The notes: generated by a model from the sequence alone, not told the origin. A DNA stretch of 64,000 bases from Bdellovibrionales bacterium (GCA_965197425.1 CBDANC010000015.1:32001-96000); one strand, 5' to 3'; positions 1 to 10,685 are shown, numbered from the stretch's first letter. A program made the numbers and translations.

Positions 1-1447
1 AAATATGGATCAGTAAAACTTAAAGTATAAAATTTCTCTTGTCCAGATAAATTAGTACTTAAACCTAATGTTTGACCTCTTCCAAGTAAATTTGTTTTTT
101 CAATTCTTCCATTAAAAATAAAACCACTATAAGAACCATAACCAGCACCAACTTGAATGCTACCAGTGCTTCTTTCTTCAACCGATATATCATAATTAAC
201 TGTATTTGGACTTTCAGCATCCACTTTTTGTTGAAAAGTTACATTCTCAAAAAATCCAAGTCTTCTAATATCATTCAGAGACTTTCTTTTATTAGTCTCA
301 TTATATAGTTCTCCTTCAATTATACTCATCTCTCTTCTTATAACTTTATCCCTAGTGCTATGATTTCCTACAATATCAAACTTTCCAAAGTAAACTTTTT
401 CACCTGTATCTATTGAAAAATCTAAATCAACTACCTTGTTTTCTCGATCTAACTTAGTATTTGGTATGATGTTTACAAATGCATAACCCAAATCACCATA
501 CATTGCCTGCAATCTCTCTAGGTCACTTTGTAAAACATCGTAGGCAAAGACAGATCCATTGGATGTTTTTATTTTTTGTAAATGCTCATCTGCTGTGAAT
601 AATAAATCTCCACTAAAGCCGATTTGTCCGACAGTATGTTGATCTCCTTCCTCAATCTCTATGTTAATAATTATATCCCGTTTGTTAGGAGAAATAAAAA
701 TTTGAGATCCAACAACCTTTGCATTAATATATCCTTCATTTAGATATAAATATTTTATTACCTGAAGATCTCTTTCAAAACCCACCTCACTATACCGACC
801 ACCGCCAGAGAAGAAGCTAAAAAAAGTCTTCTCTTTGTTCACCAAAGCTGACTTTAATGCTTCATCAGTTATAGCTGTATTTCCCTGTATATTTATTTTC
901 TTTATTTTTACTTTTTGATTTTCATTTATTTTAAAAACTAGTCTGACTCGTTTACTGTCTTTATTATTCTGATTGTTTTCCTCTTTGATCTCATAAATTA
1001 CATTGGCTAGAAAAAAACCTTAGACTCATACAAGTCAGTAATACTATTTATAGAAGTGTTTACCTTGGCAACATCTAAAAAATCATCTTGTTTAAAATCT
1101 AAAGCTTCAAACAGTTCATCAGACTTTATTTTTTTATTTTTTTCGAAAACTATTTCAGATATTGAAGGTCTTTCTTCCACTACATATCTTAAAACATCGT
1201 TTTCTCTGTAGATCTCTATGTCATAAAAATGCCCCATTTCAAAAATTCTTTCTAAGTCTTTTAAAACTTGATCTTTTGAATAAGGTTTGCCGGAAGAACT
1301 TTCAATTTTATCAAGTATTGCTTCTGTACCTATTTTTTTATTGCCCTCAACAACGATGTCTTTAATGAGAGCGGCATAGGAAATTTTATGCATCATAAAA
1401 AGCAACAAAAAAAACACTCTAAATATAGAAGATCTCAAGGCAAGCAT
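1..1447 (-). CDS. bamA: Outer membrane protein assembly factor BamA; runs off the window start and has an apparent 1-nt frameshift near 1011-1020
   Basis: ORF 1007-1447 encodes a signal peptide and POTRA-like sequence (IKDIVVEGNKKI...F.MGHFYDI..VVEERPSI). After YESK, the -1 frame continues FFLANV...VKIKKINIQGN...YLNEGY...YGDLGYAFVNI...RDKVIRRE...RRLGFFENV, i.e. further POTRA repeats, to the window edge. Confidence 0.93.
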
Positions 1448-1479
1448 CCAAGCGGTTCTAGCATAGTTTCATAAAACAA

Positions 1480-2148
1480 TCAAACTAACCATTTGCCGTC
1501 CTTCATATTTAAAACCCTTGGAAACATCTTAGAAAAACCCAAGTCATGTGTGACAACAACTAATGTTATACCCATCTTACTATTTAACTCCAATAACATA
1601 TTTTTTATAATTTCTTCATTTCTACTATCTAAATTTCCTGTAGGTTCATCAGAAAACAAAATATCAGGACTTTGCATCAATGCCCTGGCTATAGCAACTC
1701 TCTGTTGCTCCCCACCGCTTAACTCCTTTGGAAGATGGTTTTTTCTGTGATCAAGCCCCAACGATTCTAAAAGCTCCATAGCCCTGTCCTTAATATTAAA
1801 CTCATTTGCAATTTGCGCCGGTAACATTACATTCTCAAGAGCTGTGAACTCTTTTAATAAATGGTAAGCTTGAAATACAAATCCTACAGTTTTATTTCTG
1901 AACCTCGCAAGTTTCTCGGAATCAAAACTATATACATCCTCCCCATCATATAGCACCTTACCGTTAGTCGGTTTATCTAATGTTCCTAAAATGTGAAGCA
2001 AGGTACTTTTTCCAGCTCCAGAAGAGCCCATAATACAAAGAGCCTCTTTCTTATAAATCTTTAGACATATTTCGTGTAATACTCTTACTGTTTTGATATT
2101 AGTTGTGTAAGTTTTAGAAACGCTTACAGCCTCTAATAAAGCACTCAT
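1480..2148 (-). CDS. lolD: Lipoprotein-releasing ABC transporter ATP-binding protein
   Basis: GSSGAGKST, VGFVFQAYHLL, LSGGEQQRVAIARAL, DEPTGNLD; lies between lolE and bamA. Confidence 0.92.
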   Translation of the reverse strand: MSALLEAVSVSKTYTTNIKTVRVLHEICLKIYKKEALCIMGSSGAGKSTLLHILGTLDKPTNGKVLYDGEDVYSFDSEKLARFRNKTVGFVFQAYHLLKEFTALENVMLPAQIANEFNIKDRAMELLESLGLDHRKNHLPKELSGGEQQRVAIARALMQSPDILFSDEPTGNLDSRNEEIIKNMLLELNSKMGITLVVVTHDLGFSKMFPRVLNMKDGKWLV

Positions 2149-3401
2149 GTTCGAAATCCCTCAACAGGATCTAATTTTGCTCCCTTTATTGCTGGCAGTA
2201 TAGTAGATACAAAACAGATAAGCAAAGTTGACAAAACTATAATAAACATATCAAAAATCTCAACATCCACTGGAAGACCGCTAAATTGATAAATATTCGC
2301 TGGAACCTCTATTATCTGAAGATGTTTTACCATCATACATAAAATAAAACCCAAAACAATCCCGGCAAAAGATCCTATTACACCAATCAATAAACCTTGA
2401 CTTATAAATAACTTTATCAAAAAACGATCTGAAGCTCCTAAGGTCTTTAAAATACTAATGTCATAAAATCTCTTAATCACATAGACAAAAAGAGTGCTAC
2501 ACACATTAAAGCATGCAACCAATATGATAAAAGACAGTATTACAAACACAGCCCACTTTTCTAATTCTAATGAAGAAAAGAAATTATAGTTCATGTTAAA
2601 CCAATTTTGCATGTGATATTCAAACCCCAACTTCTCCTGGAGTCTATACTCTAAATTAACAGCAACATCAGCATCATTTAATAAGAGTTTAATGCCAGAA
2701 TACACACGGCCTAAACCCAACATTTCCTGTGCAGCAGCATCTTCAATAAACACAATTCGTTCATTATAATCGTACTTGCCTAAATCAAGTACTCCAGATA
2801 CATAAAAATCCTTAGACTGAGGAGCAAAAGAACCTTCCATTACACTGTCTTTTGTTCTAGGAACAACAATTTGAAACTTGTCTCCCACATTTAGATTTAA
2901 CTTTTCACTCAGAACACTACCAATCATAGCTTGACTCTGATTATTCTTAGAAAATAAAAATTCTCCTGTAATAATCCTTTCATCTAAATTAAGGGTGCTT
3001 TGATAGGTGTTTTTGTCTAATCCATTTACCAAAATACCACCTATATCACCTTTATTTATAGCCAATGCCTCCATTGTTATAAATGGACTCGTATGTTTAA
3101 GCTCAGGAACAGAGCTTTTAATGATATCTTCTTCCTGCTTAGTTATGTTTCCATAGATAATAAAATGTCCATTAATATCTATAACAGATTGTTTAATTAC
3201 ATGTTCTACACCATTCATTATAGACATAGCTAACATTAAACAAGCAACGCCGACTATAATGCCTAAAACTCCAAACCCAGATGTCCAAGTTACAAACTTA
3301 CCACCACCTCTTAGATACTTTAAAATCATCCATATACTTAGAGGTTTTTTTAACAATCTCTTTTTTATGCTTTTCATAAACTCTATGCCACGACTTTTCA
3401 T
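2145..3401 (-). CDS. lolE: Lipoprotein-releasing ABC transporter permease LolC/E
   Basis: N-terminal TM (GIIVGVACLMLAMSIMNG), periplasmic domain, C-terminal FtsX-type TMs ending PAIKGAKLDPVE; start may be the ATG at 3377. Confidence 0.88.
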   Translation of the reverse strand: MKSRGIEFMKSIKKRLLKKPLSIWMILKYLRGGGKFVTWTSGFGVLGIIVGVACLMLAMSIMNGVEHVIKQSVIDINGHFIIYGNITKQEEDIIKSSVPELKHTSPFITMEALAINKGDIGGILVNGLDKNTYQSTLNLDERIITGEFLFSKNNQSQAMIGSVLSEKLNLNVGDKFQIVVPRTKDSVMEGSFAPQSKDFYVSGVLDLGKYDYNERIVFIEDAAAQEMLGLGRVYSGIKLLLNDADVAVNLEYRLQEKLGFEYHMQNWFNMNYNFFSSLELEKWAVFVILSFIILVACFNVCSTLFVYVIKRFYDISILKTLGASDRFLIKLFISQGLLIGVIGSFAGIVLGFILCMMVKHLQIIEVPANIYQFSGLPVDVEIFDMFIIVLSTLLICFVSTILPAIKGAKLDPVEGFRT

Positions 3402-3412
3402 ACAACCACCAT

Positions 3413-4520
3413 CTATTTCAAACTTAAATATCCATGTATGAACGCTTCAATATCTCCATCCATCACTTTTTCTACATTCGAAACTTCAATCTTAGTTCGG
3501 TGATCTTTTGCGAGTCTATATGGATGCATGATATAAGATCTTATTTGACTGCCCCACTCATTTGCCTTCTTAGTTGCATTTAGTTCTTCTTTTTGTGCTT
3601 CCTTCTTGCCCCGTTCATTCTCATATAATGCTGATCTTAGCATTTTCATAGCTCTTTTTTTATTTGCATGTTGAGATCTTTCTCTCTGACAACTTACAAC
3701 CAAACCTGTAGGAACATGCGTAATTCTTATGGCAGAGTCTGTTTTATTTACATGTTGCCCACCAGCACCACTTGCTCTAAATGTATCTATTTTTAGATCT
3801 TCATTTTTAATATCAATATCTATGCTGTCATCAATATCAGGAGTGGCAAAAACTGCAGCAAAAGAAGTATGTCTTCTTGCATTTGAATCAAATGGGCTTA
3901 TCCTGACAAGTCTATGTACTCCATTTTCGCACTTCAAATATCCATAAGCGTTCTCACCCTTAATTTGAATGATAACGCTCTTAATGCCAGCTTCATCACC
4001 ATAATTTATGTCCATTACATTGAAATTGAACTTCATCCTCTCCGCCCACCTAGAATATAGACGCATCAACATCTGTGCCCAATCACATGCTTCAGTTCCT
4101 CCTGCTCCAGATTTTATGGTTAAATAAGCGTCACTTACATCTAACTCTCCTTTTAAAAGAGCTTTCAGCTCGAGTGTTTTTATTTGATTTGAAGCATTGG
4201 ATATCTCTTGTTTTAACTCTAAAAAAAGATCTTCGTCAGATTCCTCAATACATATATCAAGCATTGTTTTTATATCTTGGATGTTAGCGTCTAACTTATT
4301 AAAAACCTCTAAAATCTTTTCCAAAGAAGAAATTTCAGAGTTTATTTTATTGAGCCTGGAATGATCAGACCAGAGGCTAGAATCTTTTGTGGATTCTTTT
4401 AATTTTCGCAAATTATCTGTTTTTGAATCGACCTCAAAGATACCCCCTTAACTTATTTATGTCTGAGGCTAGCTTTGTAACTTTGGAACTTACTAAATGT
4501 ACTTCTTCTTGTATTGACAT
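3413..4520 (-). CDS. prfB: Peptide chain release factor 2 with programmed +1 frameshift
   Basis: ATG at 4520 reads MSIQEEV...LRGYL into AGG GGG TAT CTT TGA G. The +1 frame continues EVDSKTDNLRKLKE into ORF 3413-4411, which has the SPF and GGQ motifs. Confidence 0.97.
4434..4448 (-). promoter_or_regulatory. RF2 +1 frameshift cassette (internal SD AGGGGG, CTT TGA)
   Basis: Minus strand AGGGGG-TAT-CTT-TGA matches the canonical prfB recoding signal. Confidence 0.95.
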
Positions 4521-4552
4521 AGATACCTACAAAAATTCTAACACAAGACTAG

Positions 4553-5356
4553 CTATTCACTAGGATTCTTTATGGATTGTCTTACAATGTCATGTACATA
4601 CATATCAGCCTTGGAACCGCCTAAAAGAGTCTTAATCCTAGAATGAATAGCTGGGTCATTTATAATCGCTCCTAAAGTACCCTGACCTCTTTCAATTTTG
4701 TTAATTACACTAGACAGATCGGCTAACAGGTTTTTTAACTCATCTTTCGTTGTGCCATCCAAAATTTTATTTATATTAGCCAGCAAGGTTTTTAATTCCA
4801 TAGTTACTTCTTCAAGGCTATTTAATATGTTGTCATCTTCTTCTTCTGAACCAATTTTTTCTAATAAAACTTTTATATTAGTCAATATGTCCGACAACTT
4901 ATCCAGAGGAGAGTTGTCGTCTGACAGGGCTGCTAAAATACCAGTAGGGGCGCCTAATTCTATGAAATCTTCATCCTTTAAAAGCTCACCGTGATTGTCT
5001 CCAGGTCTTATTAAAACAAACATATCACCTAACGCCCCTTGAGATTTGATATATGCCTTAGAGTCTACAGGTATCATAGATTGAAATTCTTCATATATAT
5101 TTAAAATAACCAGTACTTCATTGCTTTTTTCTGGTATCAGTTTAATTTTTTTTACATTACCAATAGGTACTCCCAACAGTTGAATCACACTTCCAGGACC
5201 AAGTCCTTCCACTGATCTTGCTTTCAAGTTGATCTGATACCTGTCTCTGAAAAAACTTACTCCACCATCTTCCAGTGACAGCAGAGCTATAATACAAATA
5301 ACGATTGCTGATGTGACAAATATACCAACCTGTATTTCTATACTTCTTTTATTCAT
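4553..5356 (-). CDS. mlaD: MlaD/MCE family protein
   Basis: EIQVGIFV N-terminal anchor, GLGPGSVIQLLGVPIGNV MCE motif, GQGTLGAIIND tail; ATG at 5356 preferred over 5380. Confidence 0.9.
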   Translation of the reverse strand: MNKRSIEIQVGIFVTSAIVICIIALLSLEDGGVSFFRDRYQINLKARSVEGLGPGSVIQLLGVPIGNVKKIKLIPEKSNEVLVILNIYEEFQSMIPVDSKAYIKSQGALGDMFVLIRPGDNHGELLKDEDFIELGAPTGILAALSDDNSPLDKLSDILTNIKVLLEKIGSEEEDDNILNSLEEVTMELKTLLANINKILDGTTKDELKNLLADLSSVINKIERGQGTLGAIINDPAIHSRIKTLLGGSKADMYVHDIVRQSIKNPSE

Positions 5357-6113
5357 AAACTTTCTCCGAAAGAATTTCACCCTCTGTGAATTGCTTAATC
5401 ATACTGTTTTCTTTATTTCTAAACTCCTCTTTGGTGCCTATTTCACCTATCTTGCCTTTATATAGAATTGCTATTCTATCACATACTGCATAGACGGTGG
5501 GTATATCGTGTGTAACCAAGATAGACGTTATACCAATTTTTTTTAACTGCAAGATCATTTTTCTAATTTTTAATGTGTTAAACGGATCAAGCCCAGCAGT
5601 TGGTTCATCATATAAAATTACTTCAGGCTCCAATATTATGGCTCTCGCTAAACCAAGTCTTTTCTGCATACCTCCAGATAGCTCAGAAGGTAAAAGCTTT
5701 GCGCTCTCTTGAAGGCCAAACATACTCAAAGTTTCAAATATTTTTTTTGATATTTCATGCTCACTTAACTTTGAATGTTCTCTTAGTGGGTATGCTAAGT
5801 TATCGAATACACTCATTGAATCAAACAGCGCGCCTCCCTGGAATGCATATGCAACTTTTTTCCTAACATCCACCAATTGGCGCTCTTCTAATTTGGTAAT
5901 CTCTTCTCCATTTATTTTTACACTTCCGGAATCGGGCATTTCTAGCCCTATTATACCCCTAAGTATTATGCTTTTTCCGGCACCACTACCTCCTATCAAA
6001 CCAAGACATTCTCCTTTTTGTACATCAAAACTAACATCCGTATGTATTGTTTTTTCGCCAAAACTTTTGGCAAAACTTTTAACTTCTATAATAACCATTT
6101 TTCTATTATCCAA
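5349..6113 (-). CDS. mlaF: MlaF ABC transporter ATP-binding protein
   Basis: GGSGAGKS, FQGGALFDSM, LSGGMQKRLGLARA, YDEPTAGLDP. Confidence 0.92.
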   Translation of the reverse strand: MDNRKMVIIEVKSFAKSFGEKTIHTDVSFDVQKGECLGLIGGSGAGKSIILRGIIGLEMPDSGSVKINGEEITKLEERQLVDVRKKVAYAFQGGALFDSMSVFDNLAYPLREHSKLSEHEISKKIFETLSMFGLQESAKLLPSELSGGMQKRLGLARAIILEPEVILYDEPTAGLDPFNTLKIRKMILQLKKIGITSILVTHDIPTVYAVCDRIAILYKGKIGEIGTKEEFRNKENSMIKQFTEGEILSEKVYE

Positions 6114-6877
6114 AATACTTTACTTATGAAAAAATCACTTATTACTATCATTATAGATGACACAACAACAGAATGTCTGGTTGCCATGCCGACAGCCTTC
6201 GTTCCACCTTTGGCACTAAGACCGTAGTGACAAGCTATAATTGAAATGAAAAATGCAAACACAAATGGTTTGGCAAAACCACTCATAAAATCTATAAAAA
6301 ATACAGATTGATATACTTTCAAAAGAAAGAACCCAACATCAACATTCAACTCTACACTAGCAACCAACGCTGCTCCAAATAAACCAATAAAATTTGCAAT
6401 TAAAACCAATGCAGGCAAAGCTATCAAACAAGCTATAACTCTAGGAATAACTATTTTTTTTATTGGAGATGTGCCTAAAGCCCTAATAGCATCAACCTGT
6501 TGAGTTACAGACATAGAAGCAACTTCTGAAGCTATACCAGCTCCAACTCTTGCTGCAAACATGAGGCTAGTAAGCACAGGGCCCATCTCTTTTACTATAG
6601 CTAAGGACACCATTCTAGGAACATAGAGCTTCATACCGAATTTTTCTAACCCTAAACCAAACTGAAGTGAGATAACCATACCTATACTAAGTGCGGTTAC
6701 AACTATTAAACCCAAAGACCTGATACCTACATGGTTTAGGTGGTGTATAATAAGTCCGGGATAGTAAGGAGGCCTCACGCACTCTTTTGCTGATTGAATT
6801 AACAAAAGCCAAGATCCGCCAACAAATCTGATTTGTGTTATTAAAAAGGAACCTATGGACTGTGCTAATGCACTCAT
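6086..6877 (-). CDS. mlaE: MlaE ABC transporter permease
   Basis: KEMGPVLTSLMFAARVGAGIASEVASM...QVDAIRALG...PRV. Confidence 0.93.
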   Translation of the reverse strand: MSALAQSIGSFLITQIRFVGGSWLLLIQSAKECVRPPYYPGLIIHHLNHVGIRSLGLIVVTALSIGMVISLQFGLGLEKFGMKLYVPRMVSLAIVKEMGPVLTSLMFAARVGAGIASEVASMSVTQQVDAIRALGTSPIKKIVIPRVIACLIALPALVLIANFIGLFGAALVASVELNVDVGFFLLKVYQSVFFIDFMSGFAKPFVFAFFISIIACHYGLSAKGGTKAVGMATRHSVVVSSIMIVISDFFISKVFWIIEKWLL

Positions 6878-7354
6878 TTATTCCACCCTAAAGCTTTCTA
6901 TAAAATCATCAAACACACCCTTAGCTTGAGAGATTTTGTCTGGGTGCCCTACCAACATAATGTTGTAGTGACAATAGCCTTTTGCAAATACCATCATATC
7001 TATTTGCCGTTTTATGCTGTCTATCTTTGATAAAAAATCGGCTCGTATAGCAAGGCTGTTGTTATATCTAAATTTGGTTTTTTCTGCATCCTCTATTGTC
7101 AATAATCCGGCAACATATTTGTCAAATACAACCTCCACATCTGGAGCTGGTTCATTACTACACTCTGTATGATATGAGATAATATTGTCATTAGAATCTT
7201 TCCAGGATCTGTCAGCAAAATTTGATTTAATCCAATTAAAACCAACTGGCTTTAGATAACTCACTTGTTTTGAGCTCTTTATTTTGTTTGGATCCAACCT
7301 TACAGATATGCAACCTGTAGCAAGGCTTAAAAAAATTAGCAAAAAAAATCTCAT
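6878..7354 (-). CDS. Putative lipoprotein, first large gene of the mla operon
   Basis: MRFFLLIFLSLATGC lipobox from ATG 7354; its stop abuts the mlaE start. Confidence 0.75.
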   Translation of the reverse strand: MRFFLLIFLSLATGCISVRLDPNKIKSSKQVSYLKPVGFNWIKSNFADRSWKDSNDNIISYHTECSNEPAPDVEVVFDKYVAGLLTIEDAEKTKFRYNNSLAIRADFLSKIDSIKRQIDMMVFAKGYCHYNIMLVGHPDKISQAKGVFDDFIESFRVE

Positions 7355-7384
7355 TTTTAACTTATTCAAGACGGGAATCTTGGA

Positions 7385-7429
7385 TCAAAACCCCTTTAAT
7401 TTAAGGCTAGTTAGATTTCTTCTACTCAT
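7385..7429 (-). CDS. Candidate 14-aa small ORF (MSRRNLTSLKLKGF)
   Basis: GGAGGT SD 4 nt upstream of the ATG at 7429; no homology evidence. Confidence 0.3.
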   Translation of the reverse strand: MSRRNLTSLKLKGF

Positions 7430-7606
7430 AAGCACCTCCACTAGATAAGAAAATAAAATCAAAATAAACTATCTAGGTCAACAAAACTACCGCATTTTAG
7501 CCATTGTTGACTCATATCGCTTGTCAACTTAAGCCCTATCGGCAACTTATGCTCTATTTTCTATAGTAAGTAGGAAAAAAACAACAGTTATTATTTTTAT
7601 TGAGCT

Positions 7607-8410
7607 TTATCGGTTATTCCTATAGCAACTGCTGTCTGATAGAAACATATTACCTCTTGCTATTTGTTGGTTGGCAAATGAAACAGTAAAACTAGCATTG
7701 TTGCAATCTTCAAGATCTTCTGGAGAACCATTTACCCTAATTTTTAAATTGGTATGTCTTTCTGAAAAAAGATCATATATTATCTCAAATTCTCTATCCT
7801 CATTTACTCTTGTAAACCTTCCCTCTTGTATAACCCAAGGCTCTAGCTGACCTAATTGTGTTAATTGTTTATGCCATACATATGCATCTGCTTCTGCATA
7901 TGAATCTTGTTGAGGATTGTAATCTAAGAATACATTAAAGCCTAATCTAAGATTTTCTACAGCACTACCACAAGAGTGGCTGCCAATAACAAGCTGCGCA
8001 TGCAACCCACTCCATCTGGAGTTTGCACATACTCCTAACAATTCTAAAAAGTTATTAAATACATCTTTATTTGTAATCCTGAGAGTTTCTCTACCACTAG
8101 GGTTTGCGGTTGTTAACTGCATGCCATTCCAACTGCTGCCAGTGTACCTACCATCTTCACATTTATATCTGTGTTGGTTTGATCCAGGATAATTATAGTC
8201 TAGATCACCCAACATATTTGGATCTGAAGTGGCAGCATAATCCTGTGAGTGCTGTCTGCCGTAGTCTTCGCAATATTTGCCGCCATGAAATGGACCTGCA
8301 TACTTACTTCCCTTCCTACCGCAATTAGTTACACTCATAGCAATAATCGCCACGCCGACTATTATGTAGGTTATGTTCCACTTATTTTGTCTTATCTTCT
8401 TAAGATTCAT
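7607..8410 (-). CDS. Hypothetical Cys-containing lipoprotein
   Basis: Basic N-terminus, hydrophobic stretch, MSVTNC lipobox-like motif; 267 aa. Confidence 0.7.
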   Translation of the reverse strand: MNLKKIRQNKWNITYIIVGVAIIAMSVTNCGRKGSKYAGPFHGGKYCEDYGRQHSQDYAATSDPNMLGDLDYNYPGSNQHRYKCEDGRYTGSSWNGMQLTTANPSGRETLRITNKDVFNNFLELLGVCANSRWSGLHAQLVIGSHSCGSAVENLRLGFNVFLDYNPQQDSYAEADAYVWHKQLTQLGQLEPWVIQEGRFTRVNEDREFEIIYDLFSERHTNLKIRVNGSPEDLEDCNNASFTVSFANQQIARGNMFLSDSSCYRNNR

Positions 8411-8472
8411 TAGGCCCCTAATCGGAGTACCCTGGTGATAAATTTAGGGTAAAACTAGGATTCAGGCCTTTT

Positions 8473-9192
8473 TTATAGGTTGGACTTAGTGTTTGAAAAA
8501 AGAGGTCTAAGCGAATAGAACCCAAAAATAACAAGCATAATGCTAATAAAGGTAGATATCGGATAGTGCCCTCTAAAATCTCCCCTCAAACTTTCTAATA
8601 AGATCCTAGATATGCCATATAAAATCAAATATACAAAAAATCTTTTTTTATAAAATAACCCATGTCTTTCTAAATAAAGAATCATTGCTGTTATCAAAAA
8701 CCCTAAAAAGGAAGAATATAGTTGTGTAGGATGAGATGTAATGCCACTTAATCCAATAGACTTAAAAAAATTAGTATTTTCTCCAAAGCAACATCCTGCT
8801 AAAAAACATCCAATCCTGCCCAAGGCATAGCCCAGAGGTATAACAGGTGCAAGTAAATCTAAAAAATCCGAGATATTTTGTTTCTTAAAAGTTAAAAATA
8901 AAAAACCAAATAAAAATGCAAATATAAATCCCCCATAAAACACAAAACCACCCTGATGCAATTTAATAATGTTAATGGGGTTTTCTATATAATACTTAGG
9001 ATACTCTACTATTACATGAAATAACCTTCCGCCCACAAGCCCAGAGATCATTAAAATTAAACATAAATCCAAGGCATCTTTTAAGTTTTGCTTTTTTGAT
9101 CGAAGATAAACCCATACAATGCATATACAAAAAGACAAGGACATCACAAACAAATAAGTAGATAAATGTAATGGACTTAAAGTAGGCGCCAA
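8473..9192 (-). CDS. lgt: Prolipoprotein diacylglyceryl transferase paralogue (GCC-type)
   Basis: GGFVFYGG, GRIGCFLAGCCFG, HPTQLY, YGISRILLESLRGD. Confidence 0.88.
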   Translation of the reverse strand: MAPTLSPLHLSTYLFVMSLSFCICIVWVYLRSKKQNLKDALDLCLILMISGLVGGRLFHVIVEYPKYYIENPINIIKLHQGGFVFYGGFIFAFLFGFLFLTFKKQNISDFLDLLAPVIPLGYALGRIGCFLAGCCFGENTNFFKSIGLSGITSHPTQLYSSFLGFLITAMILYLERHGLFYKKRFFVYLILYGISRILLESLRGDFRGHYPISTFISIMLVIFGFYSLRPLFSNTKSNL

Positions 9193-9193
9193 T

Positions 9194-10036
9194 TTATGGT
9201 ATGGACTCCTTTATTGGATTTTTTATTCTAACATACAAAAGTATTATGCCAAATATAATCATTATAGAACAAAGTATTTGACCCATACTAAAATATTCTG
9301 CAAAAAATCCAAGTTGACTATCAGGTTGTCTAAAAAATTCCATAATAAATCTAAACATTCCATATAAAATTAAATATGAAGTACACATTACACCTGTTCT
9401 CTTCCATACACCGCTTCGATTGTTTTTTGGTGCAAAACCTAAACCTATCTCCCTTTTTTCTATCAGAAGTAGAATAAAAAAGATTAAAAGTCCTTCTGTT
9501 AGAGATTGATATATTTGAGAAGGATGTCTTGGCATGTTATCTATTGCAGGGAAAATTACAGCCCACGGAACTTCTGTGACCCGACCTACAAGTTCTCCAT
9601 TAGCAAAATTTCCCAATCTTCCCCAAAAAACCCCAAAAGCTGCCGCAAGCACTATAGTATCCATTATATGAAAAAAACCAACTTTTAATTTCTTTGAAGC
9701 TACTATACAAGCAACAGTAAACCCAATAGCAGCTCCATGATAAGATAAACCCCCTTGCCAAATAGCAAACACACTTAAAGGAGATTCAATATAAGCCCAG
9801 TAGTCATACACAGTTACATAAAACAACCTGGCTCCCAAGATCATGCCAATCATTAAATAGGTTATAAGTAATTGAGATGCTTCAGGGTTTAATGCAAATC
9901 TTTTTTTTTTCCACCTTCTTACAAAAATTAGATAACCTACGAAAAACCCAAGTACATACATAAGCCCGTACCATCTTATTTGGATAACGCCCAACTTTAA
10001 AATAGCAGGATCTATATCATGTATATAGTATTGCAT
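9194..10036 (-). CDS. lgt: Prolipoprotein diacylglyceryl transferase (canonical)
   Basis: IRWYGLMY, GGLSYHG, GRLGNFANGEL.GR, RHPSQIY, RFIMEFFRQPD. Confidence 0.95.
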   Translation of the reverse strand: MQYYIHDIDPAILKLGVIQIRWYGLMYVLGFFVGYLIFVRRWKKKRFALNPEASQLLITYLMIGMILGARLFYVTVYDYWAYIESPLSVFAIWQGGLSYHGAAIGFTVACIVASKKLKVGFFHIMDTIVLAAAFGVFWGRLGNFANGELVGRVTEVPWAVIFPAIDNMPRHPSQIYQSLTEGLLIFFILLLIEKREIGLGFAPKNNRSGVWKRTGVMCTSYLILYGMFRFIMEFFRQPDSQLGFFAEYFSMGQILCSIMIIFGIILLYVRIKNPIKESIP

Positions 10037-10136
10037 TAATAGATTGTATTCTTATTTAGATCGCATTTTCAAGAATAAATAGAAAGCAAATAAAAAGAAG
10101 CTTTAATAAATTACAAGTTGGATACTTTTGTTTTAA

Positions 10137-10685
10137 CTAAGCCTTGGCCTCTTTTTTCTTCTTGGAAGCTGCCAAAGCTTTCTTAGAATCTCTTATCATA
10201 ACTAAAATTAAAAGTGCTATCCCGCATACAATGCTTATGTCAGCTACATTAAATGCAGGCCAAGAATAATCTTTGTAATAAAAATCTAAAAAATCAATTA
10301 CATACTGAGTACCTTCTCCAGATAACTTGGCACGAACTCTATCAATATAATTTCCAATGGCCCCACCAAATATCAAGGCAAGGCTGGTTATTTGAACTCT
10401 ATCACTGTTTTCTACTGATCTGAGTACAGAGATCACAATTGCAAGTGCAACAGGAGGAATTAAAAAAAAGAAAATATCTCTGAATAATGGATGTGATTCT
10501 GATAAAAATCCGAAAGCAGCTCCAGGATTTCTAACATAAGTTATGTTAAAAAATTCAGGAATCACTTCTATTATATCCCCTACCCTTAAACGAACGTGAA
10601 TGTACATCTTTGTCAACTGATCTAAGGCACATACAAAACCGGACATAGAAACTAACAACAAATATTTAAAGTACTTAACCCTCAT
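10137..10685 (-). CDS. lspA: Signal peptidase II
   Basis: DQLTK, NPGAAFG, GAIGNYIDR, VIDFLD, FNVADISI. Confidence 0.95.
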   Translation of the reverse strand: MRVKYFKYLLLVSMSGFVCALDQLTKMYIHVRLRVGDIIEVIPEFFNITYVRNPGAAFGFLSESHPLFRDIFFFLIPPVALAIVISVLRSVENSDRVQITSLALIFGGAIGNYIDRVRAKLSGEGTQYVIDFLDFYYKDYSWPAFNVADISIVCGIALLILVMIRDSKKALAASKKKKEAKA

